A stretch of 64,000 nt of DNA from positions 10,166-74,165 of the forward strand of contig DAIOVU010000009.1 in the NCBI GenBank assembly GCA_036758845.1, in the 5' to 3' direction. A program made the translations under genes and the position numbers. The stretch comes from Sediminibacterium sp. (GTDB lineage Bacteria; Bacteroidota; Bacteroidia; Chitinophagales; Chitinophagaceae). Under the pieces are notes generated by a model. The model was not told where the DNA came from, did not search any database, and saw nothing but the letters and a program-made list of their open reading frames with translations. Below are positions 29,226 through 37,862 of the stretch, piece by piece (position 1 is the first letter of the stretch; every line of letters begins with the position of its first letter).

Positions 29226-29741
29226 TTATAATTTGGTTTCCAAAAAACTGATGGCCTTCAAAATAGCATCTCTGTTCTTTGCAGCGCTCATCCATTTGGG
29301 TAACCTGCTGCCTATGCTGTTATTTTGTTTTTCACGCACATCTCTTTCTCTAAGTGAAGCGCCAATATGATTTTTCAAAAAAACTAGGTGTTCTGCATTG
29401 TACGCCCATAGCTGGTTTTTACAACAATCGGTTACCAGATAAAGCGGCAGATGAAAAAAAGGGTCAATGGGAAGTCCTATAACAATATAGTTCCCGGGCA
29501 ATATTTTATTCGAGTTAGTAATAAGTGTAATTGATGACTGCTGGCTGGCTGACTTATTAAAGCCACAATGGATGCAGCTTACTTTCTTTACTGCCGGCTG
29601 ATCTTTTTTACCGGGGACTGGTTTTTGATATATCACAATTGCTTTCTTATTGCAGCCGGGGCAGCACACAAGAATAGTATCTGTAAAATCTTCCATTCGC
29701 TTTGCATAGGCATTTTTATTTCTCATGCTGTTCATTCTCAT
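29226..29741 (-). CDS. hypothetical zinc-ribbon protein
   Basis: 171 aa. Two CxxC pairs (CCPGCNKK ... CIHCGFNK) form a probable zinc ribbon. The conserved-looking C-terminal block is LWAYNAEHLVFLKNHIGASLRERD...LPKWMSAAKNRDAILKAI. Function unknown. Confidence 0.5.
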   Translation of the reverse strand: MRMNSMRNKNAYAKRMEDFTDTILVCCPGCNKKAIVIYQKPVPGKKDQPAVKKVSCIHCGFNKSASQQSSITLITNSNKILPGNYIVIGLPIDPFFHLPLYLVTDCCKNQLWAYNAEHLVFLKNHIGASLRERDVREKQNNSIGSRLPKWMSAAKNRDAILKAISFLETKL

Positions 29742-30021
29742 TTTAACTGGCAGGCTGATATACTTGTTTATTATATATGAAAACTATTCTCCCATCTGTT
29801 TAACAATATCAAACCACTTGTATTTCCTGTAATTTCAGGTATTCCGGCAAAAACACCTAATCAAAATCCCGGGCCGGATTCATCCATTGATACCTGGCGT
29901 AAAGTGTCAGCAAAACAGGCATCGATGTTCCTTAATAAAAAATGCTTATTTTAAATTTTTAAGTGAAAATAATTCGCCTGGCAAGGCATAAAAATAAACA
30001 TTAACTCAGATCTCCCCCTTC

Positions 30022-31188
30022 ATGAAACATTTTACCCTGGCCATCTTCGCACTGTTTGTTATGGTCCTACCGGGCTCTTCCCAAAGGTTGAGAACTTTTT
30101 ATGAGAATGGAAAGTATGGACTTAAAACCAGTTCAGGAACAGTTGTTGTAACTGCTAAACTTGACCATATAGTTACCTATGATCAATTATTCAAGATAAA
30201 ATTTTTGAATAAATACGGGCTACTGGATGCACAGGGGAATTTAATTTCGCAGATTATTTACGACTATATACAGGAACCCTCTGAAGGAAACCTGCTTGCC
30301 AGAAAAAACAGCGGGTATGGGTACCTTGATAGTACAGGAAAGGAAATCATCGACTTCATTTATGAAGATGGTTCACAATTCAGATTTGGACGCGCGGCGG
30401 TGCGAAAGCAAAAGGTATGGGGCATTATTGATAAAACAGGCTATACAGTTATTCCTTTTGAATATGAATTTATCAGCGAAGCCAAAGCAGATGGCCATTT
30501 CCACGCCAGATCAAATGGTAAAACCGGCATACTCAATACAGAAGGCAAAACTGTGATCCCATTTAAGTACGCAGAGATTTTTACAGCTATCTATGGCAAT
30601 TGGAAAGTAAAGGAAAATTATAAATACGGTATTCTTAACAGGAATGGTGAAGAAATTCTGCCTGTCATGTTCGATGAGATAATCCAGGCAGAATCAAATC
30701 TCATACTGTCTAAAATCTATGGAAAGTGGGCCGGATATACCGGAAAAGGTGTGCAGATATTTCCACCCAAATATCAAAAAGTTATTTCTGCAGATGATGA
30801 TGGAGGATATACACAGGTTCAGTTAAATAACAAATGGGGCTACCTCAATGCAAATGGGCAGGAAGTGATATCACCCAAATATGATACTGTAAGCAATTTT
30901 GACGACCAGATGTTTGCATGGGTTATTTTAAACAATAAAAAAGGGGCAATTGGCAGAAATGGTGAAGAGCTTATTCCCATTAAATATGATTACATCGGTA
31001 AATTCGAAGAAGATATGGCGCCCATCTCAGTCAATAAAAAGTGGGGATATATGGACATATACGGTAAAGAAGCTATCCCAATGGTATATGATAAAGCAGA
31101 ACCTTTTAGCCCGGCTGGCGCAGCTAAGGTTGTACTTAATGGCAATACGTTTTATATTGATAAAACAGGAAAAAAAACAACCCGATAG
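30022..31188 (+). CDS. WG repeat-containing protein (KWG-type)
   Basis: 388 aa. Signal peptide and at least 10 tandem ~30-aa repeats of the form (K/G)(Y/W)G(L/I/Y)(L/I)(D/N)xxGxxVIPxxYDxI. Confidence 0.8.
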   Translation: MKHFTLAIFALFVMVLPGSSQRLRTFYENGKYGLKTSSGTVVVTAKLDHIVTYDQLFKIKFLNKYGLLDAQGNLISQIIYDYIQEPSEGNLLARKNSGYGYLDSTGKEIIDFIYEDGSQFRFGRAAVRKQKVWGIIDKTGYTVIPFEYEFISEAKADGHFHARSNGKTGILNTEGKTVIPFKYAEIFTAIYGNWKVKENYKYGILNRNGEEILPVMFDEIIQAESNLILSKIYGKWAGYTGKGVQIFPPKYQKVISADDDGGYTQVQLNNKWGYLNANGQEVISPKYDTVSNFDDQMFAWVILNNKKGAIGRNGEELIPIKYDYIGKFEEDMAPISVNKKWGYMDIYGKEAIPMVYDKAEPFSPAGAAKVVLNGNTFYIDKTGKKTTR

Positions 31189-31257
31189 TTTCTCAACCAT
31201 GCACTTACAGTTACACAAATATTTCATTTAAACAGCTTACAAATCAAAATCCCATTT

Positions 31258-32187
31258 ATGAATTTTAGAAGCCCTTTGTTACTTGCAGTTACATTTTTTA
31301 TTGCCTTCACAACCAAAGCCCAAACAATTGAGAGCTGTGTGGCAATTTTAAACAGCAAGGCATCAGAAATAGCCGGTCAGATAAAAATTCTGAACGGTAA
31401 CCGGTTTCTTGTAAGGGATGCAAATTTTGGTTTTAAAAACGGGGCAGCCAGTATTCTTTGGGATATTGATAAAAAAAACAGAAGTGTATCTGAATTTTAC
31501 CCGGGAGAAATTGACAAGGTGGAGATCCCTGATTTTAATAAATCATCCCCCATTGGAACAATCGTTATTTATTTTAAAGACGCAGTGGTTAAATCAGAAA
31601 ACCTGGCTACGGAATCCCGCAAATACCAACAGAAAGCATATTTCAATTACATCCAGAAAGACCCCAAAAATGCTGAACTGATTAAAAACACCCTGTTACA
31701 ATTAAAAAAACTCTGTATTGAAAAATACCCATCCACTCCTTTGTGGAACAGCTTTACTTTTCTGGCATCAGACCAGCCTGTCTGGACTTCTAAAAAATCT
31801 GTTTCTTATACCTATAAGATCAAAAAAATAGAATACAGCGCCTGTAATATAAGACTCTTGTATAACCTTGAGGTAGTTTCATTAACGGGCACAACAAATG
31901 CCAATTACCTTGCAATGGTACCACTAAACAATATTGAGAAAATCGTTTATGATTCAAAAGCCAGTCGCCCTGCAAGCTATTGGGTAGAGGGAGATAATGA
32001 CTTTGAAATTTTCAGGCAGAATACTGCTGATGGGGAATACACACAATTTGGCAAGCAGGATCGTGTACCGCTTGCCGGTATTGATGTTGAAAAAGGTGAA
32101 GCAACTGCAAGGCCTGCGCTGGAAGCGGCTTTAAGAGAAGCTGTTAAATGCGGGCAACCGAAGCCGTTTAAGTTTGGGAAAGAATAG
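31258..32187 (+). CDS. hypothetical secreted protein
   Basis: 309-aa ORF with a signal peptide (…FTTKAQ/T) and no recognisable domain. Followed by a strong terminator. Confidence 0.6.
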   Translation: MNFRSPLLLAVTFFIAFTTKAQTIESCVAILNSKASEIAGQIKILNGNRFLVRDANFGFKNGAASILWDIDKKNRSVSEFYPGEIDKVEIPDFNKSSPIGTIVIYFKDAVVKSENLATESRKYQQKAYFNYIQKDPKNAELIKNTLLQLKKLCIEKYPSTPLWNSFTFLASDQPVWTSKKSVSYTYKIKKIEYSACNIRLLYNLEVVSLTGTTNANYLAMVPLNNIEKIVYDSKASRPASYWVEGDNDFEIFRQNTADGEYTQFGKQDRVPLAGIDVEKGEATARPALEAALREAVKCGQPKPFKFGKE

Positions 32188-32210
32188 ATTTATTCCATAA
32201 ATACATTCTG

Positions 32211-32254
32211 AAATAAAGAACCCCGCAGGTAATATCTGCGGGGTTCTTTATTTA
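32211..32254 (+). terminator. rho-independent terminator
   Basis: AAATAAAGAACCCCGCAG-GTAATATC-TGCGGGGTTCTTTATTT. Long perfect stem followed by a T-rich tail. Confidence 0.75.
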
Positions 32255-32256
32255 TG

Positions 32257-32328
32257 TGGCCTCGCCGGGAATCGAACCTGGATCTGGAGCTTCGGAAACT
32301 CTTATACTATCCATTGTACTACGAGGCC
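32257..32328 (-). tRNA. tRNA-Arg (anticodon CCG)
   Basis: The minus strand reads GGCCTCGTAGTACAATGGATAGTATAAGAGTTTCCGAAGCTCCAGATCCAGGTTCGATTCCCGGCGAGGCCA. Acceptor stem GGCCTCG/CGAGGCC. D-arm GTAC/GTAT. Anticodon loop TTCCGAA. T-arm with TTCGATT loop. One mismatch each in the anticodon and T stems. CCA is not encoded. Confidence 0.8.
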
Positions 32329-32361
32329 AAGGCTGCAAATGTAATAGAAAGCCGCTAATTT

Positions 32362-33525
32362 TCAGCGCCAGATTTCGCGGATGGTAGCAGGGAGGAATAT
32401 ACGGGCAGGCACGCTGCGCATGATCTGCAGGTCTTCCTGCAAACTGCTTTCATTATCCAGAAAACGTAAAACGCGCTGTGCCGGATTTTTTTGAAAAATG
32501 TTTGAAAATATCCGGGCGCCGCTCATCTTCCTGTTCTCCAGAACATTCAGAAGAATACTATCGTATAGCCGGAATTTTTTCTCGCTAAATGTATGATGCA
32601 AAGAAAGATGTTTATCATCCTCCATCAACGAATCAACAATCTGTTTAGAACGTTTTTGTATAAACTGAAAAGCATACCCACTGCTGCCTTTTACCTGTCC
32701 GCCGGCAATACCTATATAAATGATCCTTTCTTTTTGCAAAGGGAAGGTCATGTTTGTCATAGGTATCACTCCAAACTCTTCATGCGTAACTTTATAATCG
32801 GTAAGCTGCAGTAACGAAGCAATATACTTTCGTAAAGCAATATCGTAGGCCTCCTGTTGCAACAATTCTTTTGTAAACAAGGTGTATTCTACTAATGCCG
32901 TAGTGGGAGATGTTGGCAGTACGTACATAAAAGCCGTACCATATTTCTGGCGCACCCTGAAATCCATAAAGGTGGCTTTTGCAGGATCGAAATGTGGTTC
33001 ATTTGTTTCTATCATCCATCCTTTAAAATGCTGCAGAAAAAGGTAACTCTTCGCTCCACCAGGCAACTGTTGCGGAAACCCATGAAACATGATGCTGTTA
33101 AATACATAATCGGCTGTGTATGAGATGGCTTCTGTTTCTACAATAACAACCTCACCCCTGTTTTTGATGGTTCTTATTTTTGCATAGCGCCATTCAATAT
33201 TGTGATGCTTACGGCTTTCGTTGCTCACATATTCATAGAAATCAATGCCGCGGATCATTTTGTATTGATAAGGCGATATGTCCATGGTATCTGAAAACGT
33301 ATCAGAAAAAAAACTGATCCTGTTCCAGCGATGATGGACAACAGGTTCAAAAATACCATCTTCTTTTTCCCAGAAACACCAGGTGCGGTCGTTCACTGCT
33401 TTAGGCGCCTGATCAATGATGAGTATTCTCTTCTTTGCAAAGAAGGGCTCGCGCATCATCCGCATCAGCAGGCTTGATCCTGCCAAACCGGCACCTGTAA
33501 TAATATAATGAAAGTGGGTAGACAA
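32362..33525 (-). CDS. crtY: lycopene beta-cyclase (CrtY family flavoprotein)
   Basis: 387 aa. FAD motif IITGAGLAGSSL, the DRTWCFWE block typical of CrtY/CrtL cyclases, and a position at the end of the carotenoid cluster. Confidence 0.85.
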   Translation of the reverse strand: MSTHFHYIITGAGLAGSSLLMRMMREPFFAKKRILIIDQAPKAVNDRTWCFWEKEDGIFEPVVHHRWNRISFFSDTFSDTMDISPYQYKMIRGIDFYEYVSNESRKHHNIEWRYAKIRTIKNRGEVVIVETEAISYTADYVFNSIMFHGFPQQLPGGAKSYLFLQHFKGWMIETNEPHFDPAKATFMDFRVRQKYGTAFMYVLPTSPTTALVEYTLFTKELLQQEAYDIALRKYIASLLQLTDYKVTHEEFGVIPMTNMTFPLQKERIIYIGIAGGQVKGSSGYAFQFIQKRSKQIVDSLMEDDKHLSLHHTFSEKKFRLYDSILLNVLENRKMSGARIFSNIFQKNPAQRVLRFLDNESSLQEDLQIMRSVPARIFLPATIREIWR

Positions 33526-33568
33526 TATGCGCGTTATTGATCGGTTGACTGTTTTTTACCGCCGTTTT

Positions 33569-34057
33569 TTATGCTATTTGTTCTGCGGTAATTTCATTGC
33601 TTATACTCTCATCCTTCCTAACCTTATCCCAATATTTTTTCGCCACCAGCAACATTCCAAAACTCTCTCCCTCTTCTTTATCTAAATGTTTATGGTGCAT
33701 CTTATGTGCCCGTCGGATGGCCCTGATGTAACGGTTATTGCTTTTGCTAAATAATTTAAAACGCTGGTGAATGATGATCTCATGCACTATAAAATAAGCG
33801 AGGCCGTATAAAGCAATACCGGCTCCAATACTTACTACCCAATATGCCTGGTTCATACTTCCCAGCATGATACATAACCAGCTGGGTATGGCGAATATGA
33901 TAAAAAATGCATCATTTTTTTCGAAAAATCCGGGACCTTTCCGGTGATGATCTTTGTGCAGGTACCACAAGAATCCATGCATTACATAGCGATGAGTTAG
34001 CCAGGTAATACCCTCCATAACGGCAAATGTGGCCAATGCGATCAAACTGTATTTCAT
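33569..34057 (-). CDS. crtZ: beta-carotene hydroxylase (CrtZ; fatty-acid hydroxylase superfamily)
   Basis: The track ORF runs to 34138; the likely start is MKYSLIAL at 34057, abutting the upstream stop at 34059. Histidine boxes HRYVMHG, HKDHH, HEIIIH and HKMHHKH. Confidence 0.85.
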   Translation of the reverse strand: MKYSLIALATFAVMEGITWLTHRYVMHGFLWYLHKDHHRKGPGFFEKNDAFFIIFAIPSWLCIMLGSMNQAYWVVSIGAGIALYGLAYFIVHEIIIHQRFKLFSKSNNRYIRAIRRAHKMHHKHLDKEEGESFGMLLVAKKYWDKVRKDESISNEITAEQIA

Positions 34058-34058
34058 A

Positions 34059-34742
34059 TTACAGAAAAGTTCTAAGCGCCAGAAAAAACAATGCCTGAAT
34101 AATAAACAAATGTACTGCGAAATAATTGTCCTTCTCAAACGAAAGCCGGCGGTACACCATTAATAATACTGCGCTAATCAGAAACCAGCAGGCGTAGTTA
34201 TAAACAGGGACCCCGCTGTTTTGCCATTGCCAGAACCCCAATTTCATGGCTACAGGCTCTATTAACCAATCGAAAAACGTAGCCAGCATGGCCCCGTCTA
34301 CAATCAGCGACAAAGCAGCCAGTTTTGGCGGAAAACCCTGCCCTTCCTTCTCTATTTTCTGTTTAAACCATTGCTGAAATTTTACCATGATGGTGCCGCT
34401 GCAAAAAACTACCACAAGCCAGTTTAGTCCTATGAGCCATGGAACCCCGTTTAATTTGCCACCAAGAACAGTACCATATTGATAATGGCCAAAAAGCCTG
34501 CCCGTATTAACCCCTATCATTTCTGTGCCCATACCAACAAGAAATGCAATTCCGGCAAAGCCCCAGAATGCAAGATTTTTTTGCGGCTGGTTCCATAGCA
34601 ACAGCAATCCCATCAAGCAAAGATTTAATGGTGTATTACGGATAAACCAGTCGCTATGCGATGTAAATAAAATACCAATCAACCCACTTACATGAAAGAG
34701 AATGGCAATAAAAGTTGAGATATTTTGACGCGAGAATTGCAT
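34059..34742 (-). CDS. carotenoid biosynthesis membrane protein (DUF422 / CruF-like putative carotenoid 1',2'-hydratase)
   Basis: 227 aa with about 7 TM helices. It is embedded between the crtD-like gene and crtZ. Family assignment comes from context and overall pattern, not from a catalytic motif. Confidence 0.6.
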   Translation of the reverse strand: MQFSRQNISTFIAILFHVSGLIGILFTSHSDWFIRNTPLNLCLMGLLLLWNQPQKNLAFWGFAGIAFLVGMGTEMIGVNTGRLFGHYQYGTVLGGKLNGVPWLIGLNWLVVVFCSGTIMVKFQQWFKQKIEKEGQGFPPKLAALSLIVDGAMLATFFDWLIEPVAMKLGFWQWQNSGVPVYNYACWFLISAVLLMVYRRLSFEKDNYFAVHLFIIQALFFLALRTFL

Positions 34743-34777
34743 TAATGTATCAGGTTATTTTGAATTCCTTTTTTTTT

Positions 34778-34830
34778 GCCACAGAAAGCACAGATTAGCA
34801 CAGAATAGATTTGTCTGTGCTATCTGTGGC
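34778..34830. repeat. family A palindromic element (inside the crt operon)
   Basis: GCCACAGAAAGCACAGATTAGCACAGAATAGATTTGTCTGTGCTATCTGTGGC, between the crtD-like stop and the CruF-like start. Confidence 0.8.
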
Positions 34831-34839
34831 AACATATTA

Positions 34840-36348
34840 TCAATGTTTAGTATACTTATCAACCATCACCATATCACTCATGATCTTTGCGCTTTTAAGG
34901 CATAGCGGGATACCGCCTCCGGGATGCACACTTCCGCCCACAAAATACAAACCCCTGATATCCTTTGTAAAATTAGGATGACGCAAAAAAGCAGCCATCC
35001 GCGAATTAGAACTTGTGCCATACAACGAGCCCATATAAGAAGCTGTTCCTGCTTCTATCAACACAGGATCCAGCACATCTTCTACTTCTATCAAAGGTTC
35101 TATATCTGTTTGCAACAATCGGTTTAGCCTGGTAATAATAGCTGCACGGTATTTTAAACGATAGTCGTTCCAATCCTGCCCTGTATTGGCAGGGGCATTT
35201 ACCATTACAAACCAATTCTCTCTCCCTTCCGGCGCCTGTAAACCCGGCTCACATTTACTTGTGATATTGATATATACCGTTGGATCATCATACATCTTTT
35301 TTAAACGGAACAAATGATCAAACTCTGCTTTATAATCGGCCGCAAAAAAAATATTGTGTAATCCCAGTTGCGAAAATTCTTTTTTTATTCCCCAGTAAAA
35401 GATCAGCGCGCTGCTGCTTCGCTCCTGTTTTAAAATTTTCTGCGCAGCATGTTGATCACCCAGCAACTGCTGGTAGGTAAAGAACACATCCATATTGCTT
35501 ACCACAATATTGGTATATAAGTTCTCACCATTTACTACCACCCCTGCCACTTTTTTTTCATTATGAATGATGTGCTGTACCGGCGTATTAAAATGAAAAT
35601 AAACTCCTTTTTTAACCGCCAATTGGTATAAGGCATGCGCAATACTGATCATCCCTCCTTTGGGATAAAAGGATCCTTCGTTGTACTCCAGGTGTGGTAT
35701 CAGCGTAAGCATACCCGGTGCTTTATATGGGCTGCTGCCGTTAAATGTTGCATAGCGGTTAAACAGTTGTATTGTTTTAGGGTTTTTAAAATATCCTGCA
35801 TTAACGCAATGCATGGATTGAAAAAGATAAGACCACCGCAGCGTTGCAAGAGCCCTGAATATGGGAGCGCGAAACAATGTGCGCATCTTATGCAGCGAAA
35901 AATTGAGAAAGATCTTGCCAATGTTCCGGTATATTTTTTTTGATGCGGCTAAATAAGATCGCACACTGTCGGTAGTTTCTCCAAGTTTATCGCACAGCTC
36001 TTTTGCAAACGCTTCTTTATCGGCATAAGCAGTTACTGTGGTGCCATCGTCATAAAAATAGTTGCACAAAACAGGTAGCTGCCGGTATTGAAAATATTCT
36101 TCTATCGGCTCTCCTGCCAAAACAAATAACTCTTCGATATTCTGTGGCTGGGTAAACAGGCTTGGTCCGGCATCAAAACAATAACCGTTCAATTCAAAAT
36201 TGCGCAGCTTACCTCCGGGGTAGTTATTCTTTTCAAATACGGTTACCTCAAAGCCTTGTACCGAGAGCCTTATAGCACTTGCGAGACCGGCGATACCGGC
36301 GCCAATAATAATTGCTTTTGGAGGATATTGCATATGATTGATGTGCAT
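34840..36348 (-). CDS. phytoene desaturase family oxidoreductase (CrtD-like carotenoid 3,4-desaturase)
   Basis: 502 aa. Dinucleotide motif IIIGAGIAGLASA, a C-terminal FVGGSVHPGGGIP block typical of CrtI-family enzymes, and status as a second paralog beside crtI. An alternative start is at 36333. Confidence 0.75.
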   Translation of the reverse strand: MHINHMQYPPKAIIIGAGIAGLASAIRLSVQGFEVTVFEKNNYPGGKLRNFELNGYCFDAGPSLFTQPQNIEELFVLAGEPIEEYFQYRQLPVLCNYFYDDGTTVTAYADKEAFAKELCDKLGETTDSVRSYLAASKKIYRNIGKIFLNFSLHKMRTLFRAPIFRALATLRWSYLFQSMHCVNAGYFKNPKTIQLFNRYATFNGSSPYKAPGMLTLIPHLEYNEGSFYPKGGMISIAHALYQLAVKKGVYFHFNTPVQHIIHNEKKVAGVVVNGENLYTNIVVSNMDVFFTYQQLLGDQHAAQKILKQERSSSALIFYWGIKKEFSQLGLHNIFFAADYKAEFDHLFRLKKMYDDPTVYINITSKCEPGLQAPEGRENWFVMVNAPANTGQDWNDYRLKYRAAIITRLNRLLQTDIEPLIEVEDVLDPVLIEAGTASYMGSLYGTSSNSRMAAFLRHPNFTKDIRGLYFVGGSVHPGGGIPLCLKSAKIMSDMVMVDKYTKH

Positions 36349-36361
36349 AAGATAGCAAAAT

Positions 36362-36895
36362 TCAATTTGCCCGAGCGTGTTTGTTTTTACGCCACCAATC
36401 CATCAGTTTTGGAAAAGCGATCTGAAACCAGACGGTAAATAATTCGGGTTTGCTTTTTATCAGGTCTTCTATCTTTTCCATAGGCTCGTATGCATAATTG
36501 CATACTTCTTTTTCATCCGGTTTAATCTTTCCATCGTAGTAACCTACAAACACATGATCAAATTCATACTCTGTGAGCCCGTTATCAAAAGATGCTTTAT
36601 AAATAAAATCAAATACTTTATTAATCGGCGTAGTAAATCCCATTTCTTCCTGCAAACGCCTTGAAGCGGCTTCTTTAGTGTCTTCACCGGGTCTCGGATG
36701 ACTACAGCAGCTATTCGTCCATAAACCACCACTATGGTATTTAACCAATGCCCGTTGTTGCAATAACATTTCGTCTTTCTCATTAAAAACAAACACACTA
36801 AAAGCCCTGTGAAGTACGGCACTCTCGTGAGCCTTCATTTTTCCCATAGTTCCTACAGAAACATCATTCTCATCTACCAGGATTACTTTTTCCAT
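36362..36895 (-). CDS. idi: isopentenyl-diphosphate delta-isomerase, type 1 (Nudix fold)
   Basis: The likely start is MEKVILVDE at 36895 (track ORF 36904). Motifs HRAFSVFVFN, WTNSCCSHP and RRLQEEMG. Confidence 0.88.
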   Translation of the reverse strand: MEKVILVDENDVSVGTMGKMKAHESAVLHRAFSVFVFNEKDEMLLQQRALVKYHSGGLWTNSCCSHPRPGEDTKEAASRRLQEEMGFTTPINKVFDFIYKASFDNGLTEYEFDHVFVGYYDGKIKPDEKEVCNYAYEPMEKIEDLIKSKPELFTVWFQIAFPKLMDWWRKNKHARAN

Positions 36896-36927
36896 GCCAT
36901 ACAAATATCCGATTCAAAATGGAGTAA

Positions 36928-37764
36928 TTACATCAAATTCAACTGACTCCGGATGCCAGCCTTGGCCAGTATCAATATTTTGCCATAATCCGGAATTCGG
37001 ATACGGTTTTGTAAAATATGTTGTGCCGGTAATTTTTTGATCTTTTTAAACAGTGAGAAATAATATTTATATGCCACATACACCCCAAACTTTGCTTTGG
37101 CAGGCAGTTGCAGTACTCCTTCAAAAGCAAGGTCAAAATCTTTTTGAATATCTGCTTCAATCACCGCTTTATCATTCTGGCTAAACTTGCTGAAATCGCA
37201 CTCTGGAAAATAAACTCTTTCCAGGCCTTCATAATCTGCTTTCATATCGCGCAGAAAATTCACTTTCTGAAAAGCGGCACCCAGACTTCTTGCGTATGGC
37301 ATCAACTTTTCATACGTGTGCAGATTACCCTCACAAAAAACAGACAGGCACATCAGTCCAACCACTTCGGCGCTGCCATAAATATAGGCGGCATAGCCTG
37401 CTTTATCGTATCTGCGTTTGCCGAGATCCTGTTTCATACTATTAAAAAAAGAATCGATCAGTGTTTTGTCTATATGGTATGCATTTACAGTAAGCTGAAA
37501 GCTGTGCAGGATGGGGTTAAGACTGATCCCTCTTTCTATTGCATCATAAGTAGCCTGTTTAAATTCTTCAAAAAGTTGAAGTTTTTCATAATCATGAAAA
37601 GTATCCACGATCTCATCTGCAAAACGAACAAAGCCATAGATATTATAGATAGGTGCACGAAAACCTTTGTGCAACAGTTTAATTGCCGAAGAAAAACTGG
37701 TACTGTATTTCCCCGTTGTTATCCTGCTGCATTCCTGGCTCACTTCATGAAACAGGTTTATCAT
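36928..37764 (-). CDS. crtB: phytoene synthase (CrtB)
   Basis: 278 aa. Squalene/phytoene synthase Asp-rich motifs (RFADEIVD ... NFLRDMKADYE) and YGSAEVVG. Confidence 0.9.
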   Translation of the reverse strand: MINLFHEVSQECSRITTGKYSTSFSSAIKLLHKGFRAPIYNIYGFVRFADEIVDTFHDYEKLQLFEEFKQATYDAIERGISLNPILHSFQLTVNAYHIDKTLIDSFFNSMKQDLGKRRYDKAGYAAYIYGSAEVVGLMCLSVFCEGNLHTYEKLMPYARSLGAAFQKVNFLRDMKADYEGLERVYFPECDFSKFSQNDKAVIEADIQKDFDLAFEGVLQLPAKAKFGVYVAYKYYFSLFKKIKKLPAQHILQNRIRIPDYGKILILAKAGIRSQLNLM

Positions 37765-37792
37765 GTTTTTTTGTTTAAGTTATCACCTTTTT

Positions 37793-37857
37793 GTGAATGG
37801 TGAATGGCAATTGTGAATACAGGTTTTATTGCCCATTCACCATTCACAATTCACAAT
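37793..37857. repeat. family B palindromic element (GTGAATG / CATTCAC words) between crtI and crtB
   Basis: GTGAATGGTGAATGGCAAT-TGTGAATACAGGTTTT-ATTGCCCATTCACCATTCAC AATTCACAAT. The stem is about 19 bp. Confidence 0.8.
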
Positions 37858-37862
37858 CCCCC

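Noticed and set aside
29742-32256. Searched for an integrase, or a direct repeat of the tRNA-Arg 3' end, that would define a tRNA-linked genomic island
   Set aside because: Neither was found by eye, so the region is reported only as a tentative accessory patch and not as a mobile element.
37108-37803. 231-aa ORF on the plus strand, the longest unexplained ORF in the track
   Set aside because: It lies entirely antisense to crtB, which has clear phytoene synthase motifs. Its translation is low-complexity (Phe/Ile/Lys-rich) with no motif. It looks like a typical shadow ORF of an AT-rich antisense frame.
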